Source: a virus (Duplodnaviria > Caudoviricetes). From it: a DNA stretch of 51,413 bases. A program made the translations under genes and the position numbers. The notes below the pieces were generated by a model, which saw only the letters and a program-made list of their open reading frames with translations, was not told the DNA's origin and ran no database searches. How positions within the stretch are numbered: the stretch's first letter is position 1; each line of letters starts with the position of its first letter. Shown here piece after piece: positions 27,178 to 36,852 of the stretch. The DNA lies in IMG/VR virus record IMGVR_UViG_3300032330_001647, positions 1 to 51,413 of that record. One strand, 5' to 3'.

Positions 27178-27846
27178 ATGAAACTAGAAAAGACCACATT
27201 AAATTTGTTTTTGAAGCATTTACCCACATCAAGTGTGTTGGAATATTTGATTGAGTTATTGCCTAAATGCACTGAAAATGGTCCATGGATTGCTGGTGGT
27301 TGTTTACATAGAACCTATCGTAATTTATCATTAACAAATGCGGATATAGATGTTTTCTTTAAAAACAAAGAACAATTTGAACAGTTTGTATCTGCAATCA
27401 GTTTAAGCAGTCTTACAGCTGGATATACGATTGAATCTACCATATACAGTGAATGGCATTGTACACTTACAATCAAGTATATGGATGTTGACTGGAAGAT
27501 TCAGTGTGTAACATTCAAGTATTTTGATAACATTGAATCGTTGTTTAAATCATTTGATATCAATGTGTGTCGTATTGCATATGATGGCACTAATGTAGTT
27601 TATGAAAATGGTATTTTAGATGATATCAAGACTAATAAGTTGAAGTTTAACGAGGGTAGTATTTACTATCCTAGTGTAACATTAAAACGATTGGTTAAGT
27701 ACATTAAGATGGGATATGATGTAGAAGATGTTGATCTTAAGTTATTGACCCATGCTTTTTATAAGTCTAAAAAGAAAGCAATTGATATTCTTGATCAAGA
27801 TTTAGCTACTAAACGTCCTATTGAAACTTATACCGGCTTAAAATGA
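27178..27846 (+). CDS. nucleotidyltransferase (CCA/poly(A) polymerase head-domain-like)
   Basis: WIAGG...DIDVFF, SFDINVCRIAYDG, RLVKY..MGY; start may be 27136 or 27178. Confidence 0.75.
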   Translation: MKLEKTTLNLFLKHLPTSSVLEYLIELLPKCTENGPWIAGGCLHRTYRNLSLTNADIDVFFKNKEQFEQFVSAISLSSLTAGYTIESTIYSEWHCTLTIKYMDVDWKIQCVTFKYFDNIESLFKSFDINVCRIAYDGTNVVYENGILDDIKTNKLKFNEGSIYYPSVTLKRLVKYIKMGYDVEDVDLKLLTHAFYKSKKKAIDILDQDLATKRPIETYTGLK

Positions 27847-28238
27847 AAAATAAAACAAACCTAGATATTCAGTTTGATACTTGGTGGGATATGATTAAAC
27901 TGAATGGAATAAGCGTTGTACCCACAACAAATATCAGTTATGAGGTTGCTTATAACAAAAAATCCGAAGAAGTATTACGAATAAATCGTAGAGTAAATGG
28001 TGTTTTTACAGATAAACCGTGTAGTAAAACTGCAGCTAGAAGAAACTTTTATGCTTTGAAATCAGGTTATTATCCAGATGACACCAAAGTTACAGATAAA
28101 AACATTAAAAGTATGTCTGTATTTAGATCAATATACAAGCATTTCAATAACTTTATCTATACCAACCAGGTTATTAATTTGTCCACAAAACGTGTATTTG
28201 AAGTTCTTTCTGAAAAGAACGTTGAAATAAGCTGTTGA
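27843..28238 (+). CDS. hypothetical protein
   Basis: 131 aa, ATGA overlap. Confidence 0.55.
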   Translation: MKNKTNLDIQFDTWWDMIKLNGISVVPTTNISYEVAYNKKSEEVLRINRRVNGVFTDKPCSKTAARRNFYALKSGYYPDDTKVTDKNIKSMSVFRSIYKHFNNFIYTNQVINLSTKRVFEVLSEKNVEISC

Positions 28239-28273
28239 CTTTTTATAAAGCTGGTGGTAGTATGGATCTTGTA

Positions 28274-28660
28274 ATGAACAGCAAGATTCTTCGTCGTACC
28301 GTCGATATCGCTAAGGCTATGTGTCCGCTGAACCTAGAACATAGGTGCAGTCACATAGCTTTTTTGATTAAGTGTGGAAAGATTGTTCATATTGGTACAA
28401 ATAGCTGTAAAAGTCATCCCGAAACGCTTAAGTATGATTATAAGAACCATCAACTGGTTGGATTGCACGCTGAGTTGAATGTGTGTATGAAGAGCAATAA
28501 GGAAGACCTCAGGGATTTTAAAATGATCGTGTTGAGGGTCGATAGAACCGGCAAGTTGAATAACATCAAGCCGTGTTGTGGTTGTCAGAGTGTGATCGAA
28601 CAATTTAATGTCGGAGAGGTTTGGTACAGCAATTCTTATGGAGAAATCGTGAAGAATTGA
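28274..28660 (+). CDS. cytidine/deoxycytidylate deaminase-like protein
   Basis: LHAE and KPCCGC Zn motifs; promoter TTGACT-17-TAGTAT at 28235-28263. Confidence 0.75.
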   Translation: MNSKILRRTVDIAKAMCPLNLEHRCSHIAFLIKCGKIVHIGTNSCKSHPETLKYDYKNHQLVGLHAELNVCMKSNKEDLRDFKMIVLRVDRTGKLNNIKPCCGCQSVIEQFNVGEVWYSNSYGEIVKN

Positions 28661-28701
28661 GTTGACTTTTTTTAAAATCTGAGTTAGAATAGTAACGTAA
28701 T

Positions 28702-30987
28702 ATGAAAAATATCAAAACGTGGAATACAATGATGGAAGATGCCATTTTTATCAAGAATGGTGTTTATGCTTTAAATCAAGACATTATTGATCGAAGCATT
28801 GTTAATCCTGTTGGATTTTACATTTATACCAAGCAAAGTTCGTTGAAGAACTTTCAATACAAAGGTGGACAAACTATCAATGGTATTAGTCGTATCAAGA
28901 CTCAAGCATCTGATGATGAGTCTATTTTGATCGTTGCTTGGATTCCCTCTGATTTGGCTAAAATTGCAAAATATGATCAAAAAATCCACGAAGCACTTCA
29001 TCAACAAGGTAAGTGTGAATGGATGCATCGTATCGATCCCACAAAGGCACCAGGTACAGAATGGAGTCGTTTTCCCAACAACAATCCAGAAGAACTGTGG
29101 GTCAATTATATTGGTAACAACCAAAAACTTCAAAATCTCGATTTGACTGTATGGCAGTTGATGGCGTTGGATCAAATTCTCACTGCAAAGAAGAATAACA
29201 AGCGAAAGATTATGGCTGAACTTGCGGCTCGGTTTGGCAAAACTAATCTGTTTCTTTCTCTCTTTGATCTGTGTGAAGAAAATACTATGATCATTTGTAC
29301 TTATTATCTAAGTGCTTTGTCTAGTTTTAAGAAAGAAGTTTCTCGTTGGAATCAATTCTCCAATTTCGTTGTATTGGACTTGTCTGATGAAGATTTTTGT
29401 GACAAATACGAAGAACATTCTAAAAACACTACTAACAAAATTTTGATTTTGGCTAGTTTGTGTGGAGGTACAACTGTTGAAAAGAACAGTGAATTTGTTA
29501 AGACTATCAAAAACAAGATTACTGTTGTTGACGAAGCTGATTATGGCGCACATACTTTAAACGTAGTTCCTCTTGTTAATAAACTGGGGAAGAATGGAAT
29601 TATTATTCTTACTACAGGTACCAACAGTGATCGTGCTAAGGGAATTCATACTGACATTGATTATTTTTTCAAGGAAACATATTTTGATATGTTGATGAAA
29701 AAGAATTGTGAAGATGTCTCTTTAGAAAATGTAGAAATTCTACAAAAGTATAATCGTTCAAAGAAATTTGAAAAGTTCATATCTGATGTACGTTTCTATC
29801 GTTTTGATTGGAGCAAGCTAACTACTGTAGTTAAGAGTACCAACAAGGATTTTACTCCTAGTTTTACCAAGGAATCTCAAGATGTAAGCAAGTCTAATGC
29901 TTTTTGGTCTGGGTTGTATGATATTTTGGTTGGACAATCATCTGAAATGAATGCAAATGATTATAGTTTGCTTAACGTAATCAATCAAAGTGGTGAAGAG
30001 TTACAATCTGTCATTCAGTTTGTCTCTATGAGAAAGAGTGAAATGAACAAACTGCACAAGATTGCTAAAGTTCGTCTTTCAAAGATCTTTGATGTACACG
30101 TTGTAAATGGTGATTTTATTTCGGGTAAAGATGCGGAAGAAAAGGTAAAAGATTGGATTCGTATCGCTCATAATAAAAATAAACATGTATGGATCATTGC
30201 ATCTTTTATGTGTCAGCGATCATTTAGCATTCCTGATATCAATGTTGCTATTCTTAGTTATGATAACGGAGATAAGGGAGCTACTATTCAAAAGATGAGT
30301 CGTCCTCTTACAGCTGGTCCAAATAAGAAGATTGGTCATATTATTTCATTGAGCATTGATGGAAATCGTGATGAAAAGATCGCACCAATCATTCTTGAAA
30401 CGGCTAACAAAATTGCGGATCGTGAAAACATTGATTCTGTAAATGCAATTAGGCGTGTAATGAAGACTATGCCTATTTTTCAAATGCAGTCTGATGGATA
30501 TCTATATGAACTGGAACCGGATACATATGCACAGGAGGTATTTGCATCATCGAATAGTCATCATTTGATTGTTAACAAAGATCGTTTATTTGATTTTAAC
30601 GTGGACGATGTGTCATATGAGATTATTATTAACACCAATACGTTGAAGCTAAATGGTATGTCTTCTCCAGTTTATATGCAAAAGGCTAAGACGTACATGG
30701 ATAGGAAGAAGACAAATTCAAATGATACTATCGAAAAGACTGAGGATGAATATAGTTTTCTAATTGCCAAGTTGATGTCAATAATGGACAACGTGGATTT
30801 TTCCGCAAAAATGTTGAAAAACTTGGGATTTGACTTGACTTATACCAACTATATTGATATGCTAGATAACAATCAGAATCTATCCGATGGTGTTGGATTA
30901 ACTGGTTCACAATTGAACACATTGGTTTCGGAAAAGTATATCAACAAACAACTATTGAGTCTATATATTGAGTGTGGAGTAAAATAA
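28702..30987 (+). CDS. GIY-YIG-like nuclease fused to SF2 (ResIII-like) helicase
   Basis: N-terminal GFYIY..KGGQT..RI..D..IH..GTEW; Walker A ARFGKT; DEADYGAH; TGT; QKMSR. Confidence 0.75.
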   Translation: MKNIKTWNTMMEDAIFIKNGVYALNQDIIDRSIVNPVGFYIYTKQSSLKNFQYKGGQTINGISRIKTQASDDESILIVAWIPSDLAKIAKYDQKIHEALHQQGKCEWMHRIDPTKAPGTEWSRFPNNNPEELWVNYIGNNQKLQNLDLTVWQLMALDQILTAKKNNKRKIMAELAARFGKTNLFLSLFDLCEENTMIICTYYLSALSSFKKEVSRWNQFSNFVVLDLSDEDFCDKYEEHSKNTTNKILILASLCGGTTVEKNSEFVKTIKNKITVVDEADYGAHTLNVVPLVNKLGKNGIIILTTGTNSDRAKGIHTDIDYFFKETYFDMLMKKNCEDVSLENVEILQKYNRSKKFEKFISDVRFYRFDWSKLTTVVKSTNKDFTPSFTKESQDVSKSNAFWSGLYDILVGQSSEMNANDYSLLNVINQSGEELQSVIQFVSMRKSEMNKLHKIAKVRLSKIFDVHVVNGDFISGKDAEEKVKDWIRIAHNKNKHVWIIASFMCQRSFSIPDINVAILSYDNGDKGATIQKMSRPLTAGPNKKIGHIISLSIDGNRDEKIAPIILETANKIADRENIDSVNAIRRVMKTMPIFQMQSDGYLYELEPDTYAQEVFASSNSHHLIVNKDRLFDFNVDDVSYEIIINTNTLKLNGMSSPVYMQKAKTYMDRKKTNSNDTIEKTEDEYSFLIAKLMSIMDNVDFSAKMLKNLGFDLTYTNYIDMLDNNQNLSDGVGLTGSQLNTLVSEKYINKQLLSLYIECGVK

Positions 30988-30991
30988 TAAT

Positions 30992-31903
30992 ATGTCTTAC
31001 ATTTCACTGGATCAGTTTGAGAAACATTTGAAGTTTGATAACAAGTCTGATGTTACTGTTGTAGCATCACCTTTTGTGTCTTTTATATCCGATCATAAAC
31101 AATATGGGTATAATACTCTTCGTGAAGAGGAGTCATTTAGTATTAAAAATAAATGTAATAATATTATTATCGATATCGTTGATGGTAAAATTTATCCAAA
31201 ATCAAAGATTTCCCATTCATATCGTTGGTTTATACATGCGGTTTCTTTATTGAAAAAAGGAGGCGACTTGAAGGTGAGAATGCCTAGTAATATCATTCCA
31301 AAACTTTCATCATCCTCTTCTGGAACTGGCTTTGTTAAATCAAAGACACTTGATAACATCAATGTACATCACATTTATATTGACGGAGAATATTGTATGG
31401 TACATTTGACAAAACAAAAGAGTCGAGGATCTACAGTTGTAGAATACAGCACAGGTGAAAAATTGACAATGCCTTCCAATAAACTTGTAGTATTGAATCG
31501 ATATGTTAAGAGTCACTATGATTATCTATCTACTGTAGATGATAGTACCAGTTTTGAATATCAAGCCACTAATGGTCAACGCGGATACAAAATTGGTCAG
31601 ACTTTTAAACAACAGTTTGAACATTTCTGTGGAAAACGTTGGAATAAGGACTGTGTGGTTGTAAAGTCTAACGGTGGTCGTCCGTGTGGTATCGAAACAT
31701 ATGAAGAGGTCAATGATACACCCACTACCCGTGATGTGTTTTATTTGAAGAATAAAAATAACGTAAAAATTATCAAACGTAAATTTGAAAATCCAAATTT
31801 TGTTGATTTCGCTAACAATCTGAGTTACAATCACTTTGGATCTCTTTGTACAATGTACAAGAAGCTTCTTTTTAATGAGAAGATTCTAACCGTAGATTTT
31901 TAA
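30992..31903 (+). CDS. hypothetical protein, possibly degenerate Eco57I-type MTase / specificity subunit
   Basis: YRWFIHAVSLLKKGGDLKVRMPS resembles the post-NPPY region of N6-MTases, but no FxGxG or NPPY is visible. Confidence 0.4.
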   Translation: MSYISLDQFEKHLKFDNKSDVTVVASPFVSFISDHKQYGYNTLREEESFSIKNKCNNIIIDIVDGKIYPKSKISHSYRWFIHAVSLLKKGGDLKVRMPSNIIPKLSSSSSGTGFVKSKTLDNINVHHIYIDGEYCMVHLTKQKSRGSTVVEYSTGEKLTMPSNKLVVLNRYVKSHYDYLSTVDDSTSFEYQATNGQRGYKIGQTFKQQFEHFCGKRWNKDCVVVKSNGGRPCGIETYEEVNDTPTTRDVFYLKNKNNVKIIKRKFENPNFVDFANNLSYNHFGSLCTMYKKLLFNEKILTVDF

Positions 31904-31906
31904 TAT

Positions 31907-32557
31907 ATGAATGAAGCGCTATTAAACCATTTCAACGTCGATGCAAATGAACTTGATGTTTCTAATAAAAATGTCAAGTCGTTTGTAGTGGCAGAAACAC
32001 CTTTCAAAACAATTAGAGATTTTGTTGAGAAGTGGCATTATTCTAAAACTGTAAAGGGATTACATTGTACTCTTTACTTTGGACTATTTAGTGAAGGAAG
32101 TCTAATCGGAGCAATGATGTATGGCAAATTGGCAATGCCGGGAGTTTATAAGAAATATGTAGATAATGAAGATGAATTAATTGAACTACGCAGATTGTGT
32201 TGTATCGATAAAACTCCACGAAATACAGAATCATATTTTGTAGGTAAAACAATCAAATGGATAAAAAACAATACTAAGATTAAAAAGATCATTAGTTATG
32301 CTGATCCTCATTATGGACATCAAGGTATAATTTATAAAGCATCCAATTTTCAATATTTAGGCGTTACCTCCCCAGGTAGATATATTATTGACAAAGATGG
32401 TAATAGAAAACATGATAAAACTATTCGTAATAGTGATGTTATTGATGGTGTACGTGTATTTCGCAAACACGCAATTGAGTTGAAAGAACAACTTGACAAA
32501 GGTGAAGCTAGGTACATCGTTACTCCAGGCAAACATATATACCTTTATACACTTTAA
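31907..32557 (+). CDS. Mom-family DNA modification protein (GNAT fold)
   Basis: KWHYS, FGLF..LIGAMMYG, ELRRLCC, PRNTESYF, ISYADP..GHQGIIYKASNF.YLG. Confidence 0.8.
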   Translation: MNEALLNHFNVDANELDVSNKNVKSFVVAETPFKTIRDFVEKWHYSKTVKGLHCTLYFGLFSEGSLIGAMMYGKLAMPGVYKKYVDNEDELIELRRLCCIDKTPRNTESYFVGKTIKWIKNNTKIKKIISYADPHYGHQGIIYKASNFQYLGVTSPGRYIIDKDGNRKHDKTIRNSDVIDGVRVFRKHAIELKEQLDKGEARYIVTPGKHIYLYTL

Positions 32558-32603
32558 AAATAGATTGACTTCTAAGAAGATTCGTGGTAATCTTATAAAA
32601 GAT

Positions 32604-33707
32604 ATGAAACTACCTATGTTATTCGCTCGTACAAATACGGGTGCTATCCAAACTTGGACCATTGAAGTTGATGGCAACAAGTATCGTACTCACTACGGTC
32701 AGCTTGATAGTGATAAAATTCAAATCACTGAATGGACTCTTTGTGAGGGTAAAAATACTGGCAAGAAGAATGCTACTTCCGCAGAAGATCAAGCTGCAAA
32801 AGAAGCAAAAGCCACTTGGAAGAAAAAGAAAGAAAGTGGTTATTTTGAAAACATTACTGACATTGATGGATTCAGCTTTACTGAACCAATGTTGGCTAAG
32901 AACTATGATGACTATAAGGATGAATTGAAGTATCCTGTATATTCGCAAATTAAAATGGACGGGATAAGATCTATTGTCAAGAAAGATGGTATGTGGAGTC
33001 GTAATGGCAAACCTATTGTTTCAGCTCCTCACGTACTAGTTGCGTTGAAACCTTTCTTTGATATGTTCCCATCAGCAATTCTTGATGGTGAATTGTATGC
33101 TGATAAGTTTGCAAATGATTTTAATGCTATTTGTAGTTTAGTAAAGAAGACTAAGCCTACACCAGAAGATTTGGTTGAGAGTGCAAAGAATATTCAATAT
33201 TGGGTTTATGATTGGATTGTATCATCAAAAACTTTTAGTGATCGTAATGCTGATATTACTACTTACGTTGCTAATAACAATGTGATTCGTCGTGTTCCGA
33301 CTCACCTTGTGGACACGATTACACATTTAAATGAGTTGTATGAAAAGTATATTGATGAAGGATACGAAGGTCAGATGGTTCGTACAGATGGACCATACGA
33401 AAACAAACGCAGCAAATACCTGCTTAAACGTAAGGAGTTTCAAGATTCTGAATTCAAGATTCTTGATATTGTTGAAGGGGTAGGTAACAAGAGTGGTATG
33501 GCTGGATATATGGTATTCAAGAACCATAAAGACATTGAGTTCCATAGTAATATTAAAGGAACCAGGGAATATTTGAAGGAACTATTGAAGAACAAAAATA
33601 AACTCATTGGAAAGAGTGCTACGGTGAAGTATTTTAATCTTACACCCGATGATGAAATTCCACGCTTTCCTTTTGTGATTAACATTGACCGTGAGAGTTA
33701 CGAATAA
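32604..33707 (+). CDS. ATP-dependent DNA ligase
   Basis: PMLA, KMDGIR, LDGELY, YEGQMVR, YENKRS..LLKRK, PRFP; ATG 32604 after promoter 32565-32593. Confidence 0.92.
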   Translation: MKLPMLFARTNTGAIQTWTIEVDGNKYRTHYGQLDSDKIQITEWTLCEGKNTGKKNATSAEDQAAKEAKATWKKKKESGYFENITDIDGFSFTEPMLAKNYDDYKDELKYPVYSQIKMDGIRSIVKKDGMWSRNGKPIVSAPHVLVALKPFFDMFPSAILDGELYADKFANDFNAICSLVKKTKPTPEDLVESAKNIQYWVYDWIVSSKTFSDRNADITTYVANNNVIRRVPTHLVDTITHLNELYEKYIDEGYEGQMVRTDGPYENKRSKYLLKRKEFQDSEFKILDIVEGVGNKSGMAGYMVFKNHKDIEFHSNIKGTREYLKELLKNKNKLIGKSATVKYFNLTPDDEIPRFPFVINIDRESYE

Positions 33708-34570
33708 GCAATCCAATTATTTAAACAATAGTCAAATGCCTCATCAACGGTCCTCATTTTGATTCCGGTTGACAACAATTTTTCGTTGCTCATTACACAA
33801 TTTGATCTGGGGGTTTTAACTACATTCTTATAAAATTCTTCTTCTTCAACAAACATAAATGTTTTATTTTTAGCAATTGTTTGTTTGAATTTTTCGGTGA
33901 TACCTTTGGTGGTAATATATCCACCATTGGTAACATTATAGATACCATATGGCACTTTCTTTGTTAGAGTTTGAATACAAGCACTCACAAACTCTTGTTT
34001 ATTGCTCACACTATTCTCACTATCCAATAATCGATCATATTTTAAAATCTTACTGATATAGTTTCTGGAGTTATCAAACTCTTCAAACGGAGCACGTAAC
34101 CTCCAAATGTAACTCTTTTGCCACTTACCAACAATGGTTTCAGCTATAACTTTGGTACCACTATAGAAACTACTGTTATTATATTTAAAACTAAAGTTTG
34201 GTTCGTCTTGTTCTGTGAAAGGAGTACCATCAATTCTTCTACCCTCATAAATACATCCACTAGATACATGACCCAGTGGAATATCGTGTAGTTCACACCA
34301 ATTGGTTAATACTTGAGGCCAAACAATGTTTCCATGAACTGTATCTTCTTTGTTTTTTTCACACGCATCTACATTTGGCTTGCCAGTATATCCGGCCGCA
34401 TTAATCACATAATCAATTTGTGGACGATTTTCGTTTAAAAACCAATCTTCTAAGTCTTTGAATGTGGTTTTGTGGGTGTTTTGCCAACAAAAAACAGGCA
34501 ACTTTAAATTTGTTAATTGTTTTTTGAACTCACTACCGATGTAACCGTTTGACCCAAATAATAATATCAT
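33698..34570 (-). CDS. dTDP-4-dehydrorhamnose reductase (RmlD)-like SDR
   Basis: GSNGYIG, NAAGYTGKPNVDACE, SSGCIY, YSGTK, PRSNC. Confidence 0.85.
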   Translation of the reverse strand: MILLFGSNGYIGSEFKKQLTNLKLPVFCWQNTHKTTFKDLEDWFLNENRPQIDYVINAAGYTGKPNVDACEKNKEDTVHGNIVWPQVLTNWCELHDIPLGHVSSGCIYEGRRIDGTPFTEQDEPNFSFKYNNSSFYSGTKVIAETIVGKWQKSYIWRLRAPFEEFDNSRNYISKILKYDRLLDSENSVSNKQEFVSACIQTLTKKVPYGIYNVTNGGYITTKGITEKFKQTIAKNKTFMFVEEEEFYKNVVKTPRSNCVMSNEKLLSTGIKMRTVDEAFDYCLNNWIAYS

Positions 34571-34654
34571 AAACTATTTAACAATAACTATGAGTGTATA
34601 TTTGAAATTAATTTTTATATTGACAGCGAACAAAAATGGATGTATACTTTTAAT

Positions 34655-34888
34655 ATGGAAGTAGAACTAACAACTAAAAATAAAGTAAGCAACCCCATCA
34701 TTATTCAACACGATGATCTAAAGTTTGATGGTAAAACCATCACTATTCCAGGTTATTATGTTGGTGTACTTTTGGAATATGTTAAAGATTATAAGCTTGA
34801 TGGAGTACCTCAAGTAGATATTGAAGATTATCAGTCATTTCGTAATTTTCTCTATGATATAGAGGAATACAAAAATCGAGGACACTAA
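34655..34888 (+). CDS. hypothetical protein
   Basis: promoter TTGACA-17-TATACT (34620-34648) 6 nt upstream of ATG 34655. Confidence 0.6.
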   Translation: MEVELTTKNKVSNPIIIQHDDLKFDGKTITIPGYYVGVLLEYVKDYKLDGVPQVDIEDYQSFRNFLYDIEEYKNRGH

Positions 34889-34891
34889 GTT

Positions 34892-35083
34892 ATGAATGAA
34901 AGTAAATTGAAGTCTGCTAGAGTTGTACTTGACATTGAATGGGAATGTGTAGATGATAGTGATCTACCTTCATTGTGGGATTGGAAACGAATTAAAATGC
35001 CTATGGATCTAACCAAGGTAAAGTATGTTGGTATTCATACACAAAATGGACCAGAGAATGTAAGTGATTGGATGGGTAATTAA
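34892..35083 (+). CDS. hypothetical protein
   Basis: 63 aa in operon. Confidence 0.5.
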   Translation: MNESKLKSARVVLDIEWECVDDSDLPSLWDWKRIKMPMDLTKVKYVGIHTQNGPENVSDWMGN

Positions 35084-35088
35084 ATTAT

Positions 35089-35277
35089 ATGACTATTGTA
35101 AAGAAATTAGATATTGTTGACTGGCTTAAAACCGCCGTGGAAAAGAAGATGATTAAGGAATTGAATATTCCTAATGCTAAGGTATATCTTAGCTGTGATC
35201 GTCCTCATCCTGATGTAATTCTTGAAACAAAGAATGCTGACGGCGATCTACAAATTGTACGGTTTCTAATTATATGA
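35089..35277 (+). CDS. hypothetical protein
   Basis: 62 aa in operon. Confidence 0.5.
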   Translation: MTIVKKLDIVDWLKTAVEKKMIKELNIPNAKVYLSCDRPHPDVILETKNADGDLQIVRFLII

Positions 35278-35372
35278 ATGATAATACACTGTATTATAGT
35301 TTGTGTTTTATTGGATTGATACTAATGATTAGTGGATTCTTTATTCTTACTAAAGATAATGACAACCAATAA
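35274..35372 (+). CDS. tiny single-TM protein (32 aa)
   Basis: ATGA overlap; LYYSLCFIGLILMISGFFIL. Confidence 0.4.
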   Translation: MNDNTLYYSLCFIGLILMISGFFILTKDNDNQ

Positions 35373-35556
35373 ATTTTTCTTAACACTAGCCAGAACCATT
35401 GATCATCGTGTAGGTCATACAGATGAATGTAAGCCTGATGTGCCTGTATTGCCTGTAAATTATGCACTTGCTAGTTTTTCCTTGAGGTTTATCATTGTTC
35501 TGGTAAACTTTATTACATGCGCTTTCATTATCGCAAACATTATACATCACTGGTAA
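35359..35556 (+). CDS. small membrane protein
   Basis: C-terminal TM segment ending FIIANIIHHW. Confidence 0.55.
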   Translation: MTTNKFFLTLARTIDHRVGHTDECKPDVPVLPVNYALASFSLRFIIVLVNFITCAFIIANIIHHW

Positions 35557-35566
35557 AAAAATAATT

Positions 35567-36436
35567 ATGAGCAAACAAAATAAAAATAAAAAAGCAAATA
35601 ACATTGGTACGGGAATGCATACTACGACTTATTTGTCTCAACAATACGTAAAGAGTGACTACAAGAAACGATTAACTCTTCGAGAAATTGTGGAGAATCA
35701 AGAAAAGCATATGATGTTGATCCCACGATCAGAAGAGGATCAATCATACATTGAAGAGCTTGAAGCTTCAATTGTCAAAGATATTCCTGATGAAGTTATA
35801 TTAAAGAAATGTGAGGCGTATTTTACTCGGGAGTATAGAGATGATATTAAATTAGATGAAGAAAAAATTAGTAAAATTTTTGAACAAAAGTATTGTGTTC
35901 GCAAGACAGATGAAAAAATAGATGTTAAAAAAGCGTATGATGCACTATTTGATAAAAATCACGTAGAGCCTGAACCTGAAATTGAACCTCATACTTCAGA
36001 TCAAAAGTTAAATTTGCGGTGTCATTGTCACAACTGTAACGGTAATTTTCCATTGAGAAATCTTAAATGGGTTGATATTGGTGTAAAATCAATACCTTCA
36101 TTTTTTGATGCAGAAACTCCCCAGGATTTATTAGATTGGTGTACTAAAGACAGAAGTAACTTTGATGCGGTTCGTAAATTGATGGAAGGAAAGAAAATTT
36201 CAGTTGAAATGTTTAATACTAAAAATACAGAATTAATTGAAATTATTAAGAAAGCAAAGTCTAATAAAGACGCAGAGGTTTACAATACTTTATCAAAAAA
36301 TGATAAGTATTATGGTATTCGACCAATGTGTGCTAAATATCCAATATGTCCTTCTTCTTGGTCAGTTTTTGATCTATGGTTAAAGAAAGAACAGTATAGT
36401 CTGGAAGATCATAAGAAAGGTAAATATGACTACTAA
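35567..36436 (+). CDS. hypothetical protein
   Basis: 289 aa, CHCHNC motif; no family recognised. Confidence 0.65.
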   Translation: MSKQNKNKKANNIGTGMHTTTYLSQQYVKSDYKKRLTLREIVENQEKHMMLIPRSEEDQSYIEELEASIVKDIPDEVILKKCEAYFTREYRDDIKLDEEKISKIFEQKYCVRKTDEKIDVKKAYDALFDKNHVEPEPEIEPHTSDQKLNLRCHCHNCNGNFPLRNLKWVDIGVKSIPSFFDAETPQDLLDWCTKDRSNFDAVRKLMEGKKISVEMFNTKNTELIEIIKKAKSNKDAEVYNTLSKNDKYYGIRPMCAKYPICPSSWSVFDLWLKKEQYSLEDHKKGKYDY

Positions 36437-36623
36437 CAAACCAAAGTATTATCTAACAGTTAATCTACCGCAAAATTTTGATGAGGTAGATGTAGATGCC
36501 ATTAAAGCAGATTTAATGGCTTATATCAACAGCAAGAACCAATATGGGGCTATGTATGGTCCCAAGTCACATAAAAAAGGAATTACTGTTGATAAAGTAA
36601 TGTACAGAACCAATGAAGACTAA
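36426..36623 (+). CDS. hypothetical protein
   Basis: 65 aa overlapping neighbours. Confidence 0.5.
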   Translation: MTTNKPKYYLTVNLPQNFDEVDVDAIKADLMAYINSKNQYGAMYGPKSHKKGITVDKVMYRTNED

Positions 36624-36852
36624 CAAAGAATTAGTTAATAGACTAAGAGAGTTTACAAATAATAATTGCAATGTATCTATTGATCCCAAGCTGTGTGAAG
36701 ACATTCGTTATCTATGTGATGAAGTGGAACGATTTAGTCGAGAAATGGTACGAGTTAACGATCACATGGATGCTGACCATATTACTATTCAACGTTATAA
36801 AAATAAACTCGAAAAATGTCAACTGAAATTATCTAATTATGAACCGTTTTAA
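36613..36852 (+). CDS. hypothetical coiled-coil protein
   Basis: 79 aa overlapping neighbours. Confidence 0.5.
   Translation: MKTNKELVNRLREFTNNNCNVSIDPKLCEDIRYLCDEVERFSREMVRVNDHMDADHITIQRYKNKLEKCQLKLSNYEPF

Noticed and set aside
32493-32603. Longer N-terminus of DNA ligase
   Set aside because: Overlaps the Mom-like gene and the promoter at 32565-32593; ATG 32604 is the plausible start.
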